Part shown: positions 1 through 10,688 of the stretch, piece by piece
Layout of the letters: each line of letters opens with the position of its first letter
How positions within the stretch are numbered: position 1 is the first letter of the stretch
Assembly: GCA_963786865.1 (NCBI GenBank)
Contig: CAWBAV010000018.1
Location: 79,292-143,291, forward strand
Reading direction: 5' to 3'
Source of the DNA: an uncultured delta proteobacterium
Lineage (GTDB): Bacteria > Myxococcota_A > Polyangia > Polyangiales > Houyiibacteriaceae
Length of the DNA: 64,000 nucleotides
Notes under the pieces: model-generated
What the model was told of the DNA's origin: nothing
The model's database searches: none
Seen by the model: the letters and a program-made list of their open reading frames with translations, nothing else
Program-made: the position numbers and the translations under genes

Positions 1-10
1 CTGCTCTGAG

Positions 11-2278
11 CTAGACCAGCGCTTCGATCCGAGCCGCGACGTGCTTGTGCCAGGGGGTGCCAGCGAGCCAATCCCTGTCCTCCGTGGCGGTCAGCTCGTT
101 CGGCGCTACGCCGGTTTGAACTCGATCGCCGCCCTGGGTCGTGTGATCGAGGCCGAGGCCGTTGGGCAGAGACACGTGTCCCGACTGCATCATTTGCGAG
201 ATCTCGACGGTGACGTCGACCGAGCCTCGCTTGGTGCTCAGTCGAACCCGATCGCCGCTGCCGACCCCGAGCTGTGAGGCATCGTCGGGATTCATGCGAA
301 GTGAGCCCTCGACGTCCTTCTTCCGCCATTCCGGATTGCGCAGAATCGTATTGGCGGTGAACGAGCGTCGTTCACCTGCGGACAAGACGAACGGAAACAT
401 GGGATCTCTCGCGCCCACATCGCCCAGGCCAGCCAGTTCTTCCAGCAGCTCGGGTATCGCAGCTTGAATTCTGCCATTGGGAGTCTTGACCCGGGCCCAG
501 CTCTCGTCTTGCTCGTCGACGGCGAAGATCACGCCGGAAGGGCTTTCGAGAATGGCATCGAAGAGCTTCTCGGCCGGCTCGAAACCCTCGCCATCGAAGC
601 CAGCGCGACGAAGCGAGCCCGGGTTGGCGTTCGAGAACTGATGTACCAGGCCCCAGATGACCGCCGCGGACTCGAGGCCAGCCGGAAGGTGCGGTCCGAG
701 CGTTCGGTAGAGAATGACGGGGGCCATGGGAGCGAGCTTTGGATTACTCAAGACAGCTCCAAAGAACACGGGAATGAAAGCGGCGCGGCCGCGCGCCGCG
801 GCGGCGTGCAGGGGCGCGAGATCCTCCGCGGTATACGCGCCCAGCGCTTCGCAGATCCGCGCATGGATCTCCGCTTCTGGGAGAACGCCTTTGGGCGCTT
901 CGAAGAGCGGCTGCCGAAGGTGAAAGTAGTTCTCTGGGAACTCGAAGTTGAAAAACGTCGCTTCCGCTTTCTCGTATTGCGTCGCCGAAGGCAGGATGTA
1001 ATCGGCGAGGCGGGCGGTTTCAGTCATCGCGATGTCGATGACCACGAGTGTGTCGAGAGCGCCTAACGCCTCGCGCATCCGCTGGCTGTCGGCCACGGAA
1101 TGCGCAGGGTTTCCGCTCTCGACGATCATGGCCCGATACCGCTTCGGATGATCACTGAGAATCTCGTCTGGAATCGAGTTACATGGAGTGAGTCCGGAGA
1201 TGATCCGCTCACCAGCAACGGGACTGCGCTCGCTTTCGATGCCAGCGGCCAGCTTGTCGAGTTTTCCGGTGATGGGAACGATCGAAGCCGGAACGTACTG
1301 CGCTCCTCGCTTGGAGAAGTTGCCGGTGAGCACCCATAGGAGCTTGTTGAGATAACTGTTGAGCGTGGAGTGTCGGTTCATCTGGATGCCGAGGTCTTCG
1401 AATATCGCCACGCTCTCGGCATCCCCGATTCGCCGAGCCGTTTCGCGGACGAGCGCTTCGGACACGCCAGAGATCTCGCAGTACCGGGAGACAGGGATCT
1501 CGCTCAAGGCGGCCCGCACGGTTTCGCTGCCGTCGACGTGCGCTTCGATCCAGCTCTGGTCGACGCGATCTTCTTGAACGAGGACTGCGGCAAGCGCGGC
1601 GAGCAGCCACGCGTCCCTACCCGGCTTGACCCGGAGATGGATATCGGCGAGCTCGGCCGTTTCGGTGAGGCGCGGATCGATGACCACCAAAGTCCGTTCC
1701 GGATCCTTCGCTATCTCCTTCAGCGTCACGCGAGCGCGGGGGATGCCATGAGACTGCCAGGGGTTCTTGCCGATGAAGATGCCGACTTCGCAATGCTCGA
1801 AGTCCGCGCGCGTGACGGTCCCCATGAGTCGCCCGGCGACCCAGAACTCGCCGGTCTTCTCCTGCGCCAAGGCGCTCGAGCGATAACGGGAGCCGAGCGC
1901 ACGCCGCGTCGCCGTCGCATAGGCGCCGGGAAGGTGATTGCCCTGGCCGCCCCCGCCGTAGTAGAAAATCGAGGCGCCACCATGTGCGTCCCGCACGATG
2001 GACAAGCGGGCCGTCACCTCTCGAATCGCCGTGTCCCAATCGATCTCTTCGAAGCTGCCGTCGCTCCTGCGACGGAGCGGAGATGTGATTCGGTCGGGAC
2101 CGTTCTGATAGTAATCGAGCCTGTGCGGCTTCTCGCAGGCGTATCCCTGCGATGCAGGATGGGCTTTGTCCCCACGGATTCTGGTGAAGTGACGCTTGGC
2201 CTCGCCGCCGAGCTGTACCTCGAGGCCGCAATTGCACTCACAAAGAATGCACGCTGTTTTCTGCCAAGATCCGGACAT
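11..2278 (-). CDS. Molybdopterin (bis-MGD) oxidoreductase, DMSO-reductase/FdhF-like superfamily, cytoplasmic
   Basis: N-terminal CILCECNCG...C 4Fe-4S motif, GDKAHPASQGYAC, IDPRLTETAELAD, ESGNPAHS, C-terminal molybdopterin dinucleotide-binding domain (MNPDDASQLGV); no Tat signal. Confidence 0.9.
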   Translation of the reverse strand: MSGSWQKTACILCECNCGLEVQLGGEAKRHFTRIRGDKAHPASQGYACEKPHRLDYYQNGPDRITSPLRRRSDGSFEEIDWDTAIREVTARLSIVRDAHGGASIFYYGGGGQGNHLPGAYATATRRALGSRYRSSALAQEKTGEFWVAGRLMGTVTRADFEHCEVGIFIGKNPWQSHGIPRARVTLKEIAKDPERTLVVIDPRLTETAELADIHLRVKPGRDAWLLAALAAVLVQEDRVDQSWIEAHVDGSETVRAALSEIPVSRYCEISGVSEALVRETARRIGDAESVAIFEDLGIQMNRHSTLNSYLNKLLWVLTGNFSKRGAQYVPASIVPITGKLDKLAAGIESERSPVAGERIISGLTPCNSIPDEILSDHPKRYRAMIVESGNPAHSVADSQRMREALGALDTLVVIDIAMTETARLADYILPSATQYEKAEATFFNFEFPENYFHLRQPLFEAPKGVLPEAEIHARICEALGAYTAEDLAPLHAAAARGRAAFIPVFFGAVLSNPKLAPMAPVILYRTLGPHLPAGLESAAVIWGLVHQFSNANPGSLRRAGFDGEGFEPAEKLFDAILESPSGVIFAVDEQDESWARVKTPNGRIQAAIPELLEELAGLGDVGARDPMFPFVLSAGERRSFTANTILRNPEWRKKDVEGSLRMNPDDASQLGVGSGDRVRLSTKRGSVDVTVEISQMMQSGHVSLPNGLGLDHTTQGGDRVQTGVAPNELTATEDRDWLAGTPWHKHVAARIEALV

Positions 2279-2437
2279 GTTGAAACCTCGCTATTCCGCC
2301 GCCGCCGCTCGCCAGAGCATCGTAGTCGCAGTCGGTCCTTGGCGTAACCCCGGACTCCCCTGCGATCCGCCAGCGGCGACTGCATGGACCCAGGCCGCCA
2401 GACCGCTCGAAGCCCGGGTTCTGCTATGAGAGTCCCA

Positions 2438-2845
2438 ATGGACGAGTTGCCTCCGCATGTCTTGTTCTATGATGGCGTCTGCGCGATGTGTAATGGCATC
2501 GTGAAATGCATGCTCCGCTTCGACAGGGATGGTTTGTTTTGCTTTGCCCCGTTGCAGGGCGCGACGGCCGAACACGTTCGCTCGCGATACCCCGAGTTCC
2601 CCGCAGAAATCGAAACGATCGTGTACCTGAGGCACGGCGAGCTGTTTCTGCGATCGAGGGCGGCCGCCTTGGCGATGCGCGAGATGCCATACCCGGCCAA
2701 GGCGCTCTCCTGGGTTCGTTTTCTGCCGGCCTGGCTCACCGATTTCTTCTACGGGATCGTGGCGAGCACCCGATATCGCGTATTCGGCAAGTACGACGCT
2801 TGCCCGGTGCCGCCCGCAGAACAGAGGGCGCGTTTCCTGCCCTGA
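2438..2845 (+). CDS. DCC-family (DUF393) thiol-disulfide oxidoreductase
   Basis: LFYDGVCAMCN (DxxCxxC), FAPLQG, RYRVFGKYDAC; start could instead be ATG 2426. Confidence 0.85.
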   Translation: MDELPPHVLFYDGVCAMCNGIVKCMLRFDRDGLFCFAPLQGATAEHVRSRYPEFPAEIETIVYLRHGELFLRSRAAALAMREMPYPAKALSWVRFLPAWLTDFFYGIVASTRYRVFGKYDACPVPPAEQRARFLP

Positions 2846-2924
2846 GTCATGCGGCGCAACTCGATGTAATCAAGTGTCCTACCCATTTGGGCGAGGCGGC
2901 GCGGATTGCTAGCCTGATCCGAGG

Positions 2925-3605
2925 ATGGAGACTCGAGCTTGGCTTGTTGCGCTGCTGGCGCTGACCTTGGCTTGTGAAGGTGCGATCGGCGAGCGCACAG
3001 GCGTGGCTTCCGGCCGCAGCCAGGACGCGGGCACGATCGCCGACACGGACGCTGGCACCGACGCTGGCTCCGACGCCGGCGCTGGCTCTGACGCTGGCAC
3101 CGACGCTGGCTCCGACGCTGGTGCGGCGGGCGCCGGAGGAGACCCCGGAGTTTGTGCCGCCGGGCCTCTCGCCGACCCCATACCGAATTGCAGTCCGGAT
3201 CCTTTGCCGAGCAGCGGAGACATGCACGCCGACTGCGTTACGCGGATCAATCAGTTTCGCTGGGAGTGTCAGTGCCTTCCTCCGCTCGTGCGTTGGGTCG
3301 ACGGCGAGAGCTGCACGGACAGCAACGCAGAGTACGACAGCGTCAACGGCGTTCATGCGAGCTTCTACGACATCCCCTGCGGCAGTGGCGCACGCGCACA
3401 GAACGAGTGCCCGGGCTGGCCATCGACCCAGCAAGTGGTCAGCGACTGCCTACAGGCGATGTGGGGCGAGGGGCCAGAGGACGGAGACCCCGACACCGTG
3501 AACGGGCACTACGAAAGCATGGCATCGACGACCTACACGCAGGTTGCCTGCGGATTCTTCACGACGCCTACCGGCAGCGTTTGGGGCGTTCAGAACTTCG
3601 ATTAA
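2925..3605 (+). CDS. CAP/SCP-domain Cys-rich lipoprotein (paralog 1)
   Basis: Lipobox LTLAC; DAG-rich linker; CVTRINQFR, AQNEC, MW.EGP, GHYESM, VACGF, VQNF are CAP-type motifs. Confidence 0.75.
   Translation: METRAWLVALLALTLACEGAIGERTGVASGRSQDAGTIADTDAGTDAGSDAGAGSDAGTDAGSDAGAAGAGGDPGVCAAGPLADPIPNCSPDPLPSSGDMHADCVTRINQFRWECQCLPPLVRWVDGESCTDSNAEYDSVNGVHASFYDIPCGSGARAQNECPGWPSTQQVVSDCLQAMWGEGPEDGDPDTVNGHYESMASTTYTQVACGFFTTPTGSVWGVQNFD
3048..3122 (+). repeat. Coding tandem repeat of GACGCTGGC(A/T)CC units encoding a DAGT/DAGS linker
   Basis: gacgctggcacc gacgctggctcc gacgccggcgctggctct gacgctggcacc gacgctggctcc gacgctggt read directly. Confidence 0.85.
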
Positions 3606-3615
3606 GGGGGCGCTC

Positions 3616-4188
3616 ATGCGCAAAGCAAGAACCACAGTACTGACCTTTGTCTTCCTGGCACTCGGCTGCGGGGACTTCTTCGACCCTCAGGGCGTCGGAG
3701 GAACCGCCGGGACGTCCGGCGACCCGAGGTTCATCGCCGACTGCAGCAATGGACCGCTCGCGGCTCCCGTCGCGAGCTGCCAACCGGAGCCGCTCGAAAG
3801 CTCGGGAAATCCACATGCCGATTGCGTCACCCGCATCAACCAACTTCGCTGGGAGTGCCAGTGTCTCCCGCCGCTTCAGCGCTGGAGCGAAGCCGAAGAC
3901 TGCGCGGATCAGCATTCGCAATACGACAGCACGAGGAGCGCGCATTCCGGCTTCCGTGACGACATCTGCTCACCGAGAGGCTGGGCCCAGAACGAGTGCC
4001 CCGGTTGGAGCTCCACGCAGCACGTGATCACCGGTTGCCTGCAAGCGATGTGGGACGAGGGCCCTGGTGAACCGTACTCGGAGCACGGGCACTACATCAA
4101 CATGACCAATCCGTCATACTCGATGGTCGCCTGCGGCTTCTACGAGACTCCGGACGGGCATTTTTGGTCCGTGCAGAACTTCCAATAG
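3616..4188 (+). CDS. CAP/SCP-domain Cys-rich lipoprotein (paralog 2)
   Basis: ATG 3616 after AAGGGGG; lipobox LALGC; colinear with paralog 1 (HADCVTRINQ.RWECQCLPPL, AQNECPGW, VACGF, VQNF). Confidence 0.75.
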   Translation: MRKARTTVLTFVFLALGCGDFFDPQGVGGTAGTSGDPRFIADCSNGPLAAPVASCQPEPLESSGNPHADCVTRINQLRWECQCLPPLQRWSEAEDCADQHSQYDSTRSAHSGFRDDICSPRGWAQNECPGWSSTQHVITGCLQAMWDEGPGEPYSEHGHYINMTNPSYSMVACGFYETPDGHFWSVQNFQ

Positions 4189-4208
4189 CTCAGCGAACCG
4201 GCGCCTGA

Positions 4209-4499
4209 CTAGTCGCTGGGCGGTGTCCAGGCGGTGGCGGCGAGCTCACCGTCTTCGAGCCCCATCCAGATTCGGAGCTGCTTCATCATGAACTCGGCGC
4301 CCTCCCTCGAGGAGAGGTCGACCCGATAGGTATTGATGTAGCGCACGCTCTCTTTGAGCCAGAGGTCCCATCCCTCTTTCGAGACCTTCTCGAAGACGAG
4401 CTGGCCGAGCTCGTTCGGAAATGGTGGCTTGGCGAGACCCGGAAGGTCTCGGTCGAGCTTGATGCAGTGGACCAGGCGATTGGGATCGGCTTCGGGCAT
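4209..4499 (-). CDS. yggX: Fe(II)-trafficking / oxidative damage protection protein, YggX family
   Basis: VHCIKL...PPFPNELGQLVFEKVSKEGWDLWL...YINTYRVDL. Confidence 0.85.
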   Translation of the reverse strand: MPEADPNRLVHCIKLDRDLPGLAKPPFPNELGQLVFEKVSKEGWDLWLKESVRYINTYRVDLSSREGAEFMMKQLRIWMGLEDGELAATAWTPPSD

Positions 4500-4535
4500 T
4501 CTTCGTTTCGAACCTAGCACCCAGACGGTCGCTGG

Positions 4536-5114
4536 CTAGCCCAGAATGCGGAAGAAAGAACGCAGCATCTGGTACGTGAGCCCCCAAACGATCCGGCCTT
4601 CGACGTCGTATGCTGGGAAGTCGATTTGGGTCCCATGCCACTGGTAGGGTCGGATCGTATCGACCTCGCCCCGGTAGAGCGGAAGCAGCGGTGTCCAAAG
4701 CGCCTCGGCGACCTCACGCTGTTCGACCCGGATCGGCCATTCGCGATGAACCTCGAAGACGAACGGCCGGATGATGGTCTCCTGTGGCTTGCCGCGCGCG
4801 ATGGCTTGCAGGTCGTCGAGCTGGCCAATGTGCTCGGCGCCACTCGAGAGATCCAAGCCCACTTCCTCTTGGGTCTCGCGAATCGCGGTATGCAAGAGCG
4901 TCGGGTCACGATCGTCCTGGCGGCCACCGGGAAACGCCATGTGCCCCGACCAGGGATCGCTCGGATGCTCGGCCCGGCGTATGAAGAACACCTCCGGGCC
5001 CCGTGCTCCTTCGCGGAGCAACATCGCGACGGCAGCCCACTTGTCGTGCTCTTCGAGCTCCCGAGGTGCCCTTCCCTCGATCCGATCTCTCAAGTCCGGC
5101 AGGCCGAGCGTCAT
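4536..5114 (-). CDS. Nudix hydrolase, CoA pyrophosphatase type
   Basis: WSGHMAFPGG...AIRETQEEVGL Nudix box; VWGLT. Confidence 0.9.
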   Translation of the reverse strand: MTLGLPDLRDRIEGRAPRELEEHDKWAAVAMLLREGARGPEVFFIRRAEHPSDPWSGHMAFPGGRQDDRDPTLLHTAIRETQEEVGLDLSSGAEHIGQLDDLQAIARGKPQETIIRPFVFEVHREWPIRVEQREVAEALWTPLLPLYRGEVDTIRPYQWHGTQIDFPAYDVEGRIVWGLTYQMLRSFFRILG

Positions 5115-5119
5115 TCCGA

Positions 5120-5362
5120 CTAGTCGAGGATCTCGTAGTGAAAGTCCTCGATGACGGGGTTGGCCAAGAGCTTCTCACACATGGACTGAATGTGGGACTC
5201 GGCCGAGGCTTTGTCACTGCCGCGTAGCTCGAGCTCGATGAGCTTGCCGACGCGTGCGGACTTGACCTCTTCGAAGCCGAGAGAGCTGAGCGAGCGGCGG
5301 ACAGCGTCGCCCTGCGGGTCCAAGACCTCGCGCTTCAGTGTAACGAAGATGTTCGCTTTCAT
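5120..5362 (-). CDS. purS: Phosphoribosylformylglycinamidine synthase subunit PurS
   Basis: VLDPQG...VGK...[11 protein letters not shown]. Confidence 0.95.
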   Translation of the reverse strand: MKANIFVTLKREVLDPQGDAVRRSLSSLGFEEVKSARVGKLIELELRGSDKASAESHIQSMCEKLLANPVIEDFHYEILD

Positions 5363-6330
5363 GGTCGCTCCAATCCCAGGTTTCTGGCGATGCGTGGGAG
5401 AGGATCGGTGGTATCGGGCTCGAACGCCGTGCCGCGGATTTCATCGCACGCTTGAATGTATCGTCGCGACGCTTCGACCCGCACCTCGTCTGGAATCGTG
5501 GGAATCGGGCCATCGCCCTTGTAGCCTTTGCTCGCGAGCCAGCGCCGCACGTACTCCTTGTCGAAGCTTTCCGGGTCCTCCCCCGCCGCGAATCTCTCGG
5601 GATAACTGTTTGCGTACCAGAAGCGCGATGAATCCGGAGTGTGAATCTCGTCGATGATGACGATCTTTCCGCCGGGCGTTCTTCCAAACTCGTACTTCGT
5701 GTCGACGAGAATCAAACCGCGATCGGCGCAAATCTTCTGACCGTGGGCGAACAAAGCCATCGCAAAGCTCGCCGCTTCGTCGAAGTCATCGGCGCTGATT
5801 CGACCCATCGCGAGGATCTCTTCGCGCGAGACGGACACATCGTGATCGCCTTTCTCGGCTTTCGTGCTCGGCGTCAGGATGGGGTCTGGCAACTTCTGAT
5901 GCTTCTTCAAGCCATCGGGCAGCTCGTGGCCGCAAAACACGCGCGTGCCCTTTTCGTAGTGAGTCCAGATGCTGGTAGAAGTAACGCCGGTGATGTACGC
6001 GCGCACGACCATCTCGACCGGCAAGGGCTCGCACTCGATGCCGACCATGACGTTGGGGTCCGGCACGTCGATGACGTGATTCGGAACGATACCCTTGGTC
6101 TCCTCGAACCACCAGGCGGCAAGACCGTTGAGCACCTGACCCTTGTATGGAAGTGTCCCGAGCACGCGGTCGAAGGCACTGATGCGATCAGTGACGACGA
6201 TGTAGCGCTTACCATCCGCCGTATAGCAGTCGCGCACTTTGCCTTCATACTTGTGACCGAGCGATTCGAAGTTGGTTCCGTCCAGTGTCTTGGAAAGCCC
6301 CTCTCGTAACTGCTCCACCGAGATCGTCAT
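5359..6330 (-). CDS. purC: SAICAR synthase
   Basis: [43 protein letters not shown]. Confidence 0.95.
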   Translation of the reverse strand: MTISVEQLREGLSKTLDGTNFESLGHKYEGKVRDCYTADGKRYIVVTDRISAFDRVLGTLPYKGQVLNGLAAWWFEETKGIVPNHVIDVPDPNVMVGIECEPLPVEMVVRAYITGVTSTSIWTHYEKGTRVFCGHELPDGLKKHQKLPDPILTPSTKAEKGDHDVSVSREEILAMGRISADDFDEAASFAMALFAHGQKICADRGLILVDTKYEFGRTPGGKIVIIDEIHTPDSSRFWYANSYPERFAAGEDPESFDKEYVRRWLASKGYKGDGPIPTIPDEVRVEASRRYIQACDEIRGTAFEPDTTDPLPRIARNLGLERP

Positions 6331-6331
6331 C

Positions 6332-7633
6332 TCAAACTCCTTTCAGCACACGATCGATGATCGTGTCTACGTGCGCGAGCGCATGATTCAAGTCGAATTG
6401 GCAATCTATGTCGTCGGAAGATAGATATTTTCGGATCTCTTCGTCTTCTTGGAGATTGTCACGGAACGCGCCCTCTCCTTCAAACGCCTTCATCGCGTTC
6501 CGCTGGACGAGAACGTACGCATCTTGACGGCCAAGTCCTTGCCCGACCAGCGCCAAGAGGATCCCCTCGCTGGCCCAGAGCCCGCCGGTCTGCTCCAGAT
6601 TCTGTCGCAGCCGCTCCGGGTAGACGACCAAATCGGCGACGACCCCACGCGTGCGTTCCAGCATGAACGCAAGGGTCGAAGTCGCATCGGGGAGCATCAT
6701 GCGCTCCGCCGATGAATGGCTGATGTCCCGCTCGTGCCAGAGAGCGACGTTTTCGAGGCCCGGCACCACGGCAGCCCTCACGACACGACCCAAGCCGCAG
6801 AGATTTTCGGTGAGGACCGGGTTCCGCTTGTGCGGCATCGCGCTCGATCCCTTCTGGCCCTTCTTGAAATGCTCCTCCGCCTCACCGACTTCAGTGCGTT
6901 GCCAGTGACGAACGTTCGTAGAAAAACGCTCGATCCCGGCCGCAATGATCCCGAGGGTCGCTACGTACGCTGCGTGACGATCGCGGGCGACGACCTGCGT
7001 CGACGCGGTCTCGGGCCTCAGTCCTAGCGATGACAGCGCTTCGGCCTCGATGGCCGGAGTGAGGTGAGCGTAGGTACCCACGGCACCGGCGATCTTGCCG
7101 ACCGAGATCTCGTCTCGGGCGACCAGCAGACGCTGGCGACCCCGCGCGAGCTCTGCGTAGTGTCCCGCCAAGATCAGTCCGAAAGTGACGGGCTCGGCGT
7201 GAATGCCGTGTGAGCGGCCGATCGCAGGCGTGCTTCGATGCTCCTCGATGCGCCCGCGCAAGGCTTCGAGCACGGCATCCAAACGAACCAAGAGCCCGTC
7301 GGTCGCTTCGACCAAGAGCAGCGCCAGGGACGAGTCGAGAACATCCGATGAAGTCATGCCCCTGTGGAGCCAACGGGCAGGTTCCCCGGCAAGTGCTTCG
7401 ACGTGCGTGAGAAACGCTATCACGTCGTGTCGGGTGACTTTCTCGATCTCATCGATCGCGTCGGCGTCGAGCTGCGCGCGAAAGGCGCTGACCTCATCGG
7501 CGGTCCCTTTCGGAACGATGCCAGCGTGCTCCATGGCTCGGCAGCCGGCGATCTCGACATCGAACCAGGCCTCGTACTTGCGTTTTTGTGACCAGAGGGC
7601 TTGGAATTCGGCAGGGGTATAACGTGGAATCAT
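6332..7633 (-). CDS. purB: Adenylosuccinate lyase
   Basis: [44 protein letters not shown]. Confidence 0.97.
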   Translation of the reverse strand: MIPRYTPAEFQALWSQKRKYEAWFDVEIAGCRAMEHAGIVPKGTADEVSAFRAQLDADAIDEIEKVTRHDVIAFLTHVEALAGEPARWLHRGMTSSDVLDSSLALLLVEATDGLLVRLDAVLEALRGRIEEHRSTPAIGRSHGIHAEPVTFGLILAGHYAELARGRQRLLVARDEISVGKIAGAVGTYAHLTPAIEAEALSSLGLRPETASTQVVARDRHAAYVATLGIIAAGIERFSTNVRHWQRTEVGEAEEHFKKGQKGSSAMPHKRNPVLTENLCGLGRVVRAAVVPGLENVALWHERDISHSSAERMMLPDATSTLAFMLERTRGVVADLVVYPERLRQNLEQTGGLWASEGILLALVGQGLGRQDAYVLVQRNAMKAFEGEGAFRDNLQEDEEIRKYLSSDDIDCQFDLNHALAHVDTIIDRVLKGV

Positions 7634-7734
7634 CGTTGCGCGGCGAAGCTAGCAGACCCGCCGCCCCCGCGCGACCGAGCCGAGTCGCCGAGGTGAAGAG
7701 CGTGATTAAGCCTTCTGAAAAGCCGTCGAACGCT

Positions 7735-8037
7735 TCATCCGGTTCGGAAGTTCCAGGCCTTGCGGACTTGGATCCGAGGCGTGGCGTACTCGTCTACGTA
7801 GGCGCGGTGCGCCGGATCGCTGATGTATCGCTGCACGTCTTGCATGTTGGCGAGGCGGATGACGATGCTGATGTCCCAGCTTGCTTCCGATGCTTCATCT
7901 GCGGGAATGCCGACGGTCACACTCTGCACGCTGTCGAGTGCGCTCAGGTCCGCCTGGGTTCGTTCCACGAATTCGGCGCGCGCCTCGTCGTTACAGTACT
8001 CGTCCTTCAACTTGAACAACACGATTCGTTCGATCAT
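7735..8037 (-). CDS. Dabb (stress-responsive dimeric alpha-beta barrel) protein
   Basis: MIERIVLFKLK...YISDPAHRAYV; ATG 8037 just after the upstream stop. Confidence 0.8.
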   Translation of the reverse strand: MIERIVLFKLKDEYCNDEARAEFVERTQADLSALDSVQSVTVGIPADEASEASWDISIVIRLANMQDVQRYISDPAHRAYVDEYATPRIQVRKAWNFRTG

Positions 8038-8041
8038 CGCC

Positions 8042-9094
8042 TCATCCGATTCCTGCCAGCCTGCAACCGATCCCCGCGAGATGAGGCACCGCAGCGCCAA
8101 ACATCGCCGCCTCGGTGGAGCTGGCGTTCCCGTCGAGGCTTCGCTTGTACACGCCTTGCGCGATTGCAGCCAGGCGGAAGATGGAGAATGCTTTGTAATA
8201 ATTCAAGTCCGGGACTCCGTCGCGACCGACGAGCTCGCAGTAGCGCGCGACGAACGCATCCTCGGGCGGGATGCCGGTCTTCTGAAAATTCACGCCTGCC
8301 AGACCCCCGATCTTCGGAAGCATCACGTCGTACAACATGCAGGTATAGGCGAGGTCTGAGAGCGGATGCCCGAGGGTCGAGAGCTCCCAGTCGATCACCG
8401 CGAGGGCGCGAGGCTCGGTCGGATGGAAGATCAGGTTGTCGAGCCGATAGTCACCGTGCACCAGCGCGGTCGCTTCATCGTCTGGAATGTTCGCGGGCAA
8501 CCAGTCGATCAAGGTGTTCATCGGCCCGACGTCGGCCGTCTGCGAAGCGAGGTACTGCTTCGTCCAGCGTTTGACCTGGCGCGCCACGTAGGCGTCCGGG
8601 CGACCGTAGTCGGACAGTCCCACGGCGTCGAGGTTCACGCTGTGAATCGCAGCCAAGACACGGGCGAGCTCGTCGTAGATCGCCCGCCGGTCCTGCGGTT
8701 CCAGATCCGGAAGTTGCACGTTCCAGAAAATGCGGCCCCGTACGTACTCCATCACGAAAAACGGGGTCCCAATGACCGAGTCGTCTTCACAGAGCGCGTA
8801 CATCGTCGCGGTCGGCACATCGGTCTCGCCCAACCCGCGCATGACTCGATACTCCCGGTCGACCGCATGTGCGGATTGCAGGAGCTTCCCGGGCGGCTTC
8901 TTTCGTAACGCGTACTGACGCTCGCGATCCGCGAGCCAGTACGTCGGATTCGATTGCCCACCTTTGAACTGAGAGACTTGAAGCGAGCCAGAGTAACCCT
9001 CCACGTTGTCGATCATCCAGGCATCGAGCCGCGCCTCGTCGAAGCGATGTGCTTCTCGAACGGGTCCAGCGTTTTTGGGGGGCACCGGCGGCAT
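8042..9094 (-). CDS. Phosphotransferase (APH fold), ACAD10/11 N-terminal type
   Basis: [40 protein letters not shown]. Confidence 0.9.
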   Translation of the reverse strand: MPPVPPKNAGPVREAHRFDEARLDAWMIDNVEGYSGSLQVSQFKGGQSNPTYWLADRERQYALRKKPPGKLLQSAHAVDREYRVMRGLGETDVPTATMYALCEDDSVIGTPFFVMEYVRGRIFWNVQLPDLEPQDRRAIYDELARVLAAIHSVNLDAVGLSDYGRPDAYVARQVKRWTKQYLASQTADVGPMNTLIDWLPANIPDDEATALVHGDYRLDNLIFHPTEPRALAVIDWELSTLGHPLSDLAYTCMLYDVMLPKIGGLAGVNFQKTGIPPEDAFVARYCELVGRDGVPDLNYYKAFSIFRLAAIAQGVYKRSLDGNASSTEAAMFGAAVPHLAGIGCRLAGIG

Positions 9095-9236
9095 AGGTCC
9101 TCGCTTTCGGAAGGTCAGGAGCCTATCATGTACGGCCCAGCCTGGAGTCCATCGATCCCGAGCCCATGAGCGAACCGGTCGATTCTCAGGAAGTACCGCA
9201 TTGAGCTGGGGTCACAAGGGAGCTAGGTTTGACCGC

Positions 9237-10688
9237 GTGAAGTGGGCACGGCAGTTTCGCTTGAGCTTTGGGGGCTTTCTAATCGCCGGCGCCCTGCTGT
9301 GCGCGGTGCAAGTGACTTTGGGGCAGGCACCAGACGAGGCAGCGGGTGACTCCGGGTACCGGCCTGCTCCGAGCGCTAGCGCCGAAGGCGACGTGCAGAC
9401 CCTGCCGATCGACGCACCCGCCGGCAGCCAGGTCGTCGTCGTCGCGATCGACCGGACCGTCGAGCTAGGGCTGGCGGCATTCGTGCGGCGCGCGATCGAG
9501 ACGAATCCGGACGCCGCGGCGATCGTCCTCGAGGTCAACACGCTGGGCGGGCGCGTCGACGCGGCCATTCAGATCCGCGATGCCCTGCTCGAAGCCAAGC
9601 CTCGCACCGTCGCATTCATTCATCCTCGCGCGATCAGTGCAGGGGCTTTGATAAGCCTGGCCTGTGACAACATCATCATGACCGACGGCGCTACGATCGG
9701 AGCTGCGACGCCCATTCAAGCGGGCCCGGGTGGTCAAGCAGAGGCAGTCGGCGAGAAGATGGTCTCCTACATGCGTGCGGAGATGCGCACGACCGCGGAG
9801 GCCAACGGCAGGCGCGGCGACATCGCCGAGGCCATGGTCGACAGCGAGGTGGTCATCGAGGGCATCGTCGAGTCGGGCAAGCTACTGACCCTGGACACCG
9901 ACCAAGCGCTCAAGATGGGCATGGCCGACGCAAAGGCGGCCGATCTCGCTGAGGTGATGAAGCTCCTCACGCTCGACAACCCCGCGATCACCGACGTCGA
10001 GTCGAACTGGGGCGAAGAGATCGCGCGTTGGCTCACCGAACCGACGGTGAGCGGTTTGCTGCTCTCGGTCGGGATGCTCGGCTTGATGGTCGCCTTTTAC
10101 ACGCGAAGCGTCGGCGCGTTCACCGTCGTGGGCTTCGTGTCACTCGCGCTGTTCTTCGGCGGCCACGCCGTGGTGAACCTCGTCGGTTGGGAGGAAGCTC
10201 TCTTGTTCCTGGCGGGTGTCGTGCTGGTCGTCGTCGAGATCTTCTTCGTGCCTGGCCTCGGTGTGCCAGGCGTTCTCGGTTTGATCTTCGTCATCGCGGC
10301 GCTCGTCCTTGCGCTGATCGGCATTCCGATCGACGTGTCTTTCGAGACGGGTGTGCTCGCGGACGCCATGACTCGCGTTTTGCTCTCACTACTGGGAGCC
10401 TTCGTCCTCGCGCTGATCGCCATGCGCTTGCTCTCGCGAACCATGGTGGGCAAGGGCTTCATCTTGGAGGACGCAGAGACGGGATTCCTCTCGGCACCGA
10501 GCGCCTCGGACCTGGTCGGACAGATCGGTGAGGCGTTGACCGATCTGCGACCCGCTGGGAAGATCGCGATCGGCGGAAAGCGCCACGAGGCTACGAGCGA
10601 GCGTGAGTTCGTCGCGCGTGGTGCGCGTGTCGAGGTGATCGGCAGAGATGGGCCCACCCTCATCGTCCGCCCTGAGAGGGAAGCATGA
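9237..10688 (+). CDS. nfeD: Long NfeD (YqeZ-like): ClpP-class serine protease domain, TM region and OB fold
   Basis: EVNTLGGRVD, AISAGALI (Ser), EK (Lys), multiple TM helices, GEALTDLRPAG; start re-picked at GTG 9237. Confidence 0.85.
   Translation: MKWARQFRLSFGGFLIAGALLCAVQVTLGQAPDEAAGDSGYRPAPSASAEGDVQTLPIDAPAGSQVVVVAIDRTVELGLAAFVRRAIETNPDAAAIVLEVNTLGGRVDAAIQIRDALLEAKPRTVAFIHPRAISAGALISLACDNIIMTDGATIGAATPIQAGPGGQAEAVGEKMVSYMRAEMRTTAEANGRRGDIAEAMVDSEVVIEGIVESGKLLTLDTDQALKMGMADAKAADLAEVMKLLTLDNPAITDVESNWGEEIARWLTEPTVSGLLLSVGMLGLMVAFYTRSVGAFTVVGFVSLALFFGGHAVVNLVGWEEALLFLAGVVLVVVEIFFVPGLGVPGVLGLIFVIAALVLALIGIPIDVSFETGVLADAMTRVLLSLLGAFVLALIAMRLLSRTMVGKGFILEDAETGFLSAPSASDLVGQIGEALTDLRPAGKIAIGGKRHEATSEREFVARGARVEVIGRDGPTLIVRPEREA

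Noticed and set aside
11-2278. Selenocysteine or recoding in the molybdoenzyme
   Set aside because: The ORF is continuous, with no in-frame TGA to explain
3048-3122. Short direct repeats as a possible CRISPR array
   Set aside because: 12-bp in-frame coding repeats with no spacers and no cas genes
5120-5362. purS without adjacent purQ/purL
   Set aside because: Dispersed pur genes are common, so this is not informative
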